Source of the DNA: Giardia intestinalis
Lineage: Eukaryota
Reading direction: 5' to 3' (one strand)
NCBI GenBank assembly: GCA_000002435.2
Contig: CM018792.1
DNA: 64,000 bases
Shown here piece by piece: positions 58,280 through 64,000 of this stretch (positions within the stretch are counted from its first letter, which is position 1; every line of letters begins with the position of its first letter). The notes under the pieces are model-generated. The model worked only from the letters and a program-made list of their open reading frames with translations. It did not search any database and was not told the DNA's origin. The position numbers and the translations under genes were made by a program.

Positions 58280-58669
58280 ATGTCCAAGGTTGGGCGAAGG
58301 TGGAGGGATGGTACACCAGGTCCTGGTCCAAAATACCTTCCAAATCTGATAAAGAGGTCTTCTCCGCAATACCGTTTCTCTACTACAAGCAGATTTCCTT
58401 GCCCAGAAGATGAGGAGAATCAAGTCAGTTCACTATCATATAGACCGAATCACTTTGCATGTAGCCAGTATGGCTTCGGGACGCTGTCTAATAACCCAAA
58501 ACTGTACGCAATCGACAGATTCAACGGAGTGCACCACACAAGCAATGGTCCGGGACCGGCTGGATACTTCCTAAATACCAAGTTTACGCTTGAGACCTCC
58601 GGAAAGTCCTACATGTCTAATTCGCCTGCCACACGCAACAGTTACATACTCAACAGTCCATTCTTCTAA
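58280..58669 (+). CDS. STPGR (sperm-tail PG-rich repeat)-like protein, probably flagellar. The ORF is open from 58070 and encodes a further PGP-Y motif upstream of the first ATG.
   Basis: Motifs SPGPAAYD, TPGPGPKYLP and GPGPAGYFLN are present. The first in-frame ATG is at 58280. The ORF-track start at 58070 is TTG. Confidence 0.55.
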   Translation: MSKVGRRWRDGTPGPGPKYLPNLIKRSSPQYRFSTTSRFPCPEDEENQVSSLSYRPNHFACSQYGFGTLSNNPKLYAIDRFNGVHHTSNGPGPAGYFLNTKFTLETSGKSYMSNSPATRNSYILNSPFF

Positions 58670-58670
58670 A

Positions 58671-59471
58671 TTAATTAGTGCTCATATCTTCTACCTCGAG
58701 GGCCTCTGCTCTCTTTGACTTCTTGATTCTAAGAACCAGCAGGACCAAGAGAATGACCAACGCGACGATTTCTACTATGACGATTACTGTAAAGACAACT
58801 ATCTGCTGAGAGTAATTGGACACCACTTGACACTTATCGCCAGATACTCCTGGGAAGCAATTACATGAATATGTGTCAGAAAAACTTTCGTCGGGCAAGA
58901 AAGCCCTCTTGTACTCACAGATCCCGTAGTCCTTGCAATAGTGAATTGTATTATCTGGTGCTATGTACACATCGCATGCATTAATCTCACAGTACCTTCC
59001 ATTATATCCTGGAAAGCACTGGCACGTCGCGTTTTCCTGCGTTGCATAGCATATTCCATGACCACTACACGCCGTTGAGTTATAAACGCAGTTGTTGTGC
59101 ACGCACAGTAAACCAGAAACGTTCTGAGTAGCTTTGTTGCACAACTGACAGGTTGCTCCCGACCTGCTGACAACGCAAACGCACTTATGGGAGCCATCAT
59201 CTTGCAGCTCGCAAACTCCTACGGTGGAGTCCACGCAGCCCCCATCCTGCGTTGTGAGCCCACAGGTATCTGTTTGGCAGTCATCACCGCCGTAGCTGAA
59301 GGGGCAGCTACAGATCCCACTGATGCACTTCCGACCCGTTAGAGTCTTGCCATTAGCGGCCATGCTTGTACAATCACTATCACTGGTGCACTGCTTGAGA
59401 TCCGAAAGCTCAGGTTGGCCCCCCTCAAGAGTCCGTCTCAAAGGTTTTACGGGATAATTGACGAAGGTCAT
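58671..59471 (-). CDS. EGF-repeat single-pass membrane protein (266 aa) with tenascin-like EGF modules and a C-terminal TM segment.
   Basis: CSGHGICYATQENATCQCFPGYNGRYCEI and related EGF modules. TM segment IVVFTVIVIVEIVALVILLVLLVL. ATG at 59469-59471. No obvious N-terminal signal peptide. Confidence 0.7.
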   Translation of the reverse strand: MTFVNYPVKPLRRTLEGGQPELSDLKQCTSDSDCTSMAANGKTLTGRKCISGICSCPFSYGGDDCQTDTCGLTTQDGGCVDSTVGVCELQDDGSHKCVCVVSRSGATCQLCNKATQNVSGLLCVHNNCVYNSTACSGHGICYATQENATCQCFPGYNGRYCEINACDVYIAPDNTIHYCKDYGICEYKRAFLPDESFSDTYSCNCFPGVSGDKCQVVSNYSQQIVVFTVIVIVEIVALVILLVLLVLRIKKSKRAEALEVEDMSTN

Positions 59472-59488
59472 TTTTTGTTACGTTTACC

Positions 59489-60262
59489 TTACATATGAGC
59501 ATCTACATCTGCCCTGCTCATCATCTCTGCTTTGTATGCCTCAACTTCTGCGTCTGACATTATGGGAAGAGAAACGTCACCAATTCGTATCTGGTATATC
59601 GCTAAGTCTATCACCATCCGGTGCATCCGGAGAAAGGGCATGCCCAGCAGTGTCCCAACAACGTTCTCTACTACCATAAAATTGGTGGCAAAGTATTCGT
59701 CACCATACTTGAGCTGCACAAGATGGATCTTGCCTACTATCTTGCTGGACCCTATTCCCAGAGCTTTTCCCTCCTGCCGTTTGTCTATGTGGTCTTCCAG
59801 CCCGCAGCGGATTGCAGTTTCTAGGCTGATTGTTGAGAACTCCGCACCGGTATCGATTACAGCAATGTCTGGGTGTCCGTTCAACTCTATGTGAATATAC
59901 ACACTGTTGGTATTATTAACAAGAAGCTCAGGATAGTGATCATATACTTGTTTGATGTCTTCGTCAATAAGTCGCTGGACTGCTGGGGGGTTTGCACGTC
60001 CTCTCGCAAGAGCCTTCTGGATGGGGGCCGAGAAGGTGGCAGAAGGGTTCATGTAAATGAGGGTGGAATTAGGTTGGATGCTGCTGCACTTACTGTCATG
60101 GGTCAATGTTTGGCCATTTATCCGAACAATCGCATTGACAGCATGGCCAGGCATGCTGCACATCTTCATAAACCTTTCTATCAGCTGAAGAACCGTCTCA
60201 TCGGGAAGAATGTCTATGGTAGTCGATAGCTTGTGCCCATACACCACTGTCACTGTCGGCAT
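59489..60262 (-). CDS. Ddi1-like protein: an N-terminal ubiquitin-like domain plus a retroviral-type aspartyl protease domain (D-T-G-A).
   Basis: VYIHIELNGHPDIAVIDTGAEFSTISLETAIRCGL matches the Ddi1 retropepsin (RVP) block (...VNGHPVKAFVDSGAQ.TIMS...CGI). ATG at 60260-60262. Confidence 0.8.
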   Translation of the reverse strand: MPTVTVVYGHKLSTTIDILPDETVLQLIERFMKMCSMPGHAVNAIVRINGQTLTHDSKCSSIQPNSTLIYMNPSATFSAPIQKALARGRANPPAVQRLIDEDIKQVYDHYPELLVNNTNSVYIHIELNGHPDIAVIDTGAEFSTISLETAIRCGLEDHIDKRQEGKALGIGSSKIVGKIHLVQLKYGDEYFATNFMVVENVVGTLLGMPFLRMHRMVIDLAIYQIRIGDVSLPIMSDAEVEAYKAEMMSRADVDAHM

Positions 60263-60371
60263 TTTATTTTGTCAATCTTCAAACTGTTATTAAGTATTTA
60301 CAATTTATAAGTAATTGGATTTAGGTTCGCTATCGAAAGTCAGGATCCTTCTTGGACAAACTTGCAGCAAC

Positions 60372-61829
60372 CTAGTCCAAATAGTCTACAGTATCTTTAT
60401 CCTTAATGGTAGTGCGGCAGTATGGACAACTATCCTTGAGTGTCTCAAGACAATCGAGACATACCACAACATGCTTGCAAGGATACAGTATAACGTTCCG
60501 CAGTTTGTCCAGACAAATGCAACAAACGAGAGAGTCAGAGTCGTCGCTGAGAAACTCTTCAATCTCCTGGAAAAGAGTGTCCATCATGCGGTTGGCACTA
60601 TTCGTGAAGTCGGCGTCTTGCTTGTCTTTAGCAACGGGGACCCCAAGGGTGAGGCTGACGTAATAAAACGGAGTGATGAAGTCTACCACAAACGAAGTCA
60701 TTACATCTAGTAGTCTGTCGCAAAAGTCTACGATCTCGTCATAGCCTCGATACTCATCTTTATACGACTGAAAAGCACGAACGAGAAAGTCGACAATGGA
60801 TCTAAAGGTCTTGCTCGTGGGGATGAAGGCGTGCTGGAGAGATTCATTGAACAGGAAGATGGACAGAGGGCTTATTTCTTGCACATGCTGAGTAGCCAAG
60901 TCTTTGTTTTCAGGCTTCATAGTCGCGGTTGCGATGTCCGCATATTGTAAATTGGCATACTGGAGAGCTGTTCGTCCGTTCTTGTCTTTGAGAGGCACCT
61001 CATCCTTGAGGATCTTTGCTGCATCCAACTTTGAGTGGGAGGCAGCGTACATAAGGGCAGTCATCCCCCGGTTATCCTGCATGTTCTTTTCGTACTTGAT
61101 CAGCGCGGAAATAGACTGGATATGTCCTCGTTCTGCAGCACTCATCAGCGCAGTCTTACCCTCAACATCCTTTTTCCCTGCTTGCCCCTTTGAGATGAAG
61201 AAATCTATGAGATCAACCTTATTTTCCCTAGCTGCTGTCATGAGCGGAGTCTCCCCGTTCAAGCCGGTAATTGATCCCTCTTTGTCCCACAGCTTCTTGA
61301 CGAAATCTATGCACCCTGACATAGTAGCAAAAAGAAGAGCAGTGAAGCCACAATTGTCCTGACGCCCACACTCTGACAGAAGAAGCTCGCAGAGGTCTGT
61401 GTGCTTGTAGCGCGCAGCCTGCATCAACGCGGTCATGCCACGATATTGGGTGAGTCCCTGCTCCTCCTTGAGCAGAAGGGTCACAGCATCTTTGTGCCCC
61501 TTCCACACTGCGTACATCAAGGCCGTTGTTTTATCATGTGTCTGCTTCTTAGCCATATAGGGCATGAGAAAGGATATCACGGACGTATGGCCGTTCTCCG
61601 CGGCGTACATTAAAGGGGTCTTCCCCCGGGAATCTACTATGTCTTTCTCGCTCTCAAAGAGGATCTTAACCATTTCTAAGTCTCCGGCAGCTGCCGCCTT
61701 GCAAAGGCCCGTCGTCCCCATGAAATTGGAAATGCCGGCCATGTTTTTAACGTTCTCGCGTACAAAGTCATAATTTCGGCCGACAACCGCGTCGAACCAG
61801 GTGTCCATCTGGGGATGATACGACCGCAT
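60372..61829 (-). CDS. Ankyrin-repeat protein with a C-terminal C3HC4 RING finger (putative E3 ubiquitin ligase; protein 21.1 family-like).
   Basis: At least 8 ankyrin repeats (KTPLMYAAENGHTSVISFL..., TALMYAVWKGHKDAVTLLL...). RING: CCICLDKLRNVILYPCKHVVVCLDCLETLKDSCPYCR. ATG at 61827-61829. Confidence 0.8.
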   Translation of the reverse strand: MRSYHPQMDTWFDAVVGRNYDFVRENVKNMAGISNFMGTTGLCKAAAAGDLEMVKILFESEKDIVDSRGKTPLMYAAENGHTSVISFLMPYMAKKQTHDKTTALMYAVWKGHKDAVTLLLKEEQGLTQYRGMTALMQAARYKHTDLCELLLSECGRQDNCGFTALLFATMSGCIDFVKKLWDKEGSITGLNGETPLMTAARENKVDLIDFFISKGQAGKKDVEGKTALMSAAERGHIQSISALIKYEKNMQDNRGMTALMYAASHSKLDAAKILKDEVPLKDKNGRTALQYANLQYADIATATMKPENKDLATQHVQEISPLSIFLFNESLQHAFIPTSKTFRSIVDFLVRAFQSYKDEYRGYDEIVDFCDRLLDVMTSFVVDFITPFYYVSLTLGVPVAKDKQDADFTNSANRMMDTLFQEIEEFLSDDSDSLVCCICLDKLRNVILYPCKHVVVCLDCLETLKDSCPYCRTTIKDKDTVDYLD

Positions 61830-61868
61830 TACGATTTTTTGGGTTTATGTGGAAATTTACATTTTTTA

Positions 61869-63890
61869 CTATTTGGAGAGCAGTAAATTTATCCGACAAT
61901 CGTCCCCAACACCTATTTCCAGTTTGGGATGCATACTGTCCTGCACTCTGGAGCCCAATAATGCCGACTGCTGCGTACTATAAATGTTGGTGGCATCCAT
62001 GTTCTCAGTAGTTGAGGCGGTAGTGAGCTCGATAATGGAACGTAGAGGATCGGCAAGCATGTCCTTTGATTGGTGGAAAGGTCCCCTTTGTGGATGATTG
62101 GTTTCAAGTATTTGAAGTGGGGGCTTTAGGTTGGCTGATCTGAGGTCTCCTTGGGGTGCTTGGCTGGCGCCTAATTGTCCCAAGAACTGGGGTGGCTGTA
62201 CAGCTGGAAGTGCTGGCTCAAGAGTTGGGGGCCCAACAGCAGGAGCTGGATGTGCCTCTTGCTGATACGGAGTGAGTTGCTGTGTTAAGGACATCTGAAG
62301 CATTTGCTGATGCAGGTGCTCCTGTTGCCTTTGTGTGAAGATCTTTTCGGAGGCAGGTTTAGATAACTCTTCCTTGATATTGGGCCTATCAGCATCCTGA
62401 GTAGCCTTATATAAGCTTGATGCAGTGTTATTCTTTCTGGAAATGGTTTTCCGTAGAAAATCAAGCCATGCTGTCTTGGGCGTAAGTGCTGTTGCATCAC
62501 TGTTTGTAGAACCAAATATTACAGTATTAGACTGTTTTGATCTCATCAGTGCGAGCTCCTTAGAGAAGCTTTCTGTTGCAATCAGTAAGTCCTTCATTAA
62601 GAATTTAAAGGTAGGATCCTTTGATAAGAGCTCTATGATCTCGTCAACTGTGTAGTCAGTCAGCTCATCTAATCGCTTCTTGAGTGCAGCTCCTTGTTCT
62701 GGTTCAGATAGAAGGGCCAGTGGTACATCATTGATCTTGTTGAGGTTCTCTTGACTCAAGAGATTATCTCTAGATAGCATCTCCGATATGTCTCGTTTTA
62801 GATTGATAGCGTTTTCATTGCTCTTTTCAGGACTAAAGTTAATGAATCCACTCAAGCTGGCATTGTTTGCTGCAGGTTGACTATCCACATAATGTATGAC
62901 ACTACGGACCGAGGGAGTTGCAATCGCAGTGGCGTGTGGTGGTGCATCGGAAGGCCCGTGAGAGTAGTTCTCAGACGTCTCTCTGGACCTCTGTTGATCG
63001 TAGGACATAAACGTATTCTTGTGCATTTTATCCATATTCTTTTTCAGAGCTAGCATGGACGCATCTGACTTTTTCTTAGTGTTGCTCAAGAGGTCTACGA
63101 CACTGAATGCCGTATCAGCATCGTTAGTAGTATGTATAGGGAGGTTAGATGATTGCAAATTAGAAACATCTTTGAGCCTAGCAGAATACCTTACCGCTTG
63201 GGCCAGATCATTCCGAGGTTCTGTCATTCCTCCAACGCTAGATCCGCTTGCTCCTCGCTTGGAGCTGTAGTTGCGCTGCCGCTCTTGCCGCATGGGTTGA
63301 GCTGTCTGCCGCATGGGGCTCGGGGATCTTAGCCTATTTGCATAGTCAAACCGAGCCATCAAGGGTTCCATATTTGGTAGTAGGTCAGCAGCCACCACTG
63401 GCTTTCTGTGAGCGGGTTTGCTCTTACCTGCAAGCCCGGGTTGCGCAGAAGTAATGGCAGGGCTCCTTGGTGTAGAGCTAATTGAATTGAATGCGTTTAA
63501 GTAGTCCATGGTGTTGCCAAAGCTGTCTTCAGAAGAGTGCTGTGGAGCAACTGCAGTGGCTGGAGGTACTTCAGCTCTTGTGTCCACCAGCCACTGGAGA
63601 GCGGCACTCTTTGGGGTCTGCTGGAGCCCAGATGAAAGAGACGTATCCCTTGGGTTATTAAGTGCACCACTGGCCGACATTTTACGAGGATCAGTGAAGG
63701 GAATCGGATAGAACTCTGCTTCGTTATAGAACTCAGCATCATCATAAGAGGCAACATCGTCTCCCAAGGCGTATTCTTGATCGAGGAACTCATGGAGCTC
63801 GATATCTGGGTAAGTGCCGATGGGCATATAGTTGTTGAGAAGCCTTACACGCTGCTCGATTCGAGCCCGGTTGCTTGCTCGCCTAGCCAT
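61869..63890 (-). CDS. Hypothetical Ser/Pro/Gln-rich protein (673 aa).
   Basis: ATG at 63888-63890. Low-complexity composition and no recognisable domain. Confidence 0.6.
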   Translation of the reverse strand: MARRASNRARIEQRVRLLNNYMPIGTYPDIELHEFLDQEYALGDDVASYDDAEFYNEAEFYPIPFTDPRKMSASGALNNPRDTSLSSGLQQTPKSAALQWLVDTRAEVPPATAVAPQHSSEDSFGNTMDYLNAFNSISSTPRSPAITSAQPGLAGKSKPAHRKPVVAADLLPNMEPLMARFDYANRLRSPSPMRQTAQPMRQERQRNYSSKRGASGSSVGGMTEPRNDLAQAVRYSARLKDVSNLQSSNLPIHTTNDADTAFSVVDLLSNTKKKSDASMLALKKNMDKMHKNTFMSYDQQRSRETSENYSHGPSDAPPHATAIATPSVRSVIHYVDSQPAANNASLSGFINFSPEKSNENAINLKRDISEMLSRDNLLSQENLNKINDVPLALLSEPEQGAALKKRLDELTDYTVDEIIELLSKDPTFKFLMKDLLIATESFSKELALMRSKQSNTVIFGSTNSDATALTPKTAWLDFLRKTISRKNNTASSLYKATQDADRPNIKEELSKPASEKIFTQRQQEHLHQQMLQMSLTQQLTPYQQEAHPAPAVGPPTLEPALPAVQPPQFLGQLGASQAPQGDLRSANLKPPLQILETNHPQRGPFHQSKDMLADPLRSIIELTTASTTENMDATNIYSTQQSALLGSRVQDSMHPKLEIGVGDDCRINLLLSK

Positions 63891-64000
63891 TGAGTTTAGT
63901 CTTGACGACCTAGGATCTGTTAAGTTGGCAGTTCTACGGGCCAGTCGTCCAGGTGAATCGGCAGGATAGAGGTGCAGAACAACGCGCTTAAGCGCGTCGT

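Noticed and set aside
1-64000. Interpretation of the window as a prokaryotic accessory region (defence island, CRISPR, operons).
   Set aside because: Shine-Dalgarno sites, operon polarity and CRISPR repeats are absent. A 21-kb single ORF, ankyrin/NEK/RING/EGF/ESCRT/WD40 domain families and the VSP CRGKA tail with its AGTRAAY poly(A) signal all indicate a diplomonad nuclear genome.

Overview
The window reads as a gene-dense, intron-poor stretch of a Giardia-type diplomonad nuclear genome, not prokaryotic DNA. Three observations support this:
- The ORF at 50328-51047 ends in the variant-specific surface protein (VSP) tail ...GFLCWWFLCRGKA and is followed by the VSP-type extended poly(A) motif ACTTAGGTAGTAAAC.
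- Two NEK-like pseudokinase/ankyrin fusions and an ankyrin-RING protein fit the Giardia NEK and 'protein 21.1' families.
- Genes have short AT-rich upstream regions and some neighbours sit 1-50 bp apart.

Many ORF-track starts are TTG 'M' artefacts, so I re-anchored each CDS on the first in-frame ATG. I call 28 protein-coding genes on both strands.

Genes with a recognisable product:
- a single-exon giant ORF of 6974 aa (2782-23706, minus strand) with no recognisable domain
- a RAD6-like ubiquitin-conjugating E2
- a GPN-loop GTPase
- an ESCRT-III/Snf7 protein
- a WD40 protein
- a CMGC-like kinase
- a type II pantothenate kinase
- a Ddi1-like ubiquitin-like/retropepsin protein
- a thioredoxin gene followed by a CxxC-less paralogue
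- a sperm-tail PG-rich repeat (STPGR)-like flagellar-type protein
- a cluster of cysteine-rich surface proteins: a 5'-truncated high-cysteine membrane protein (HCMP) carrying bacterial-style GLUG-like repeats, a second HCMP, a mini-VSP, an EGF-repeat membrane protein and a 998-aa signal-peptide/TM protein.

Non-genic signals:
- three sharp GC-rich islands, one of which is a roughly 450-bp non-coding candidate structured RNA
- a 3x13-bp tandem repeat in a bidirectional promoter
- start codons of two divergent genes overlapping in a CATG palindrome
- convergent gene ends that overlap

I did not find rRNA, CRISPR arrays or transposons. tRNAs could not be excluded by eye. The other coding calls are hypothetical proteins of unknown function and appear in the feature list.
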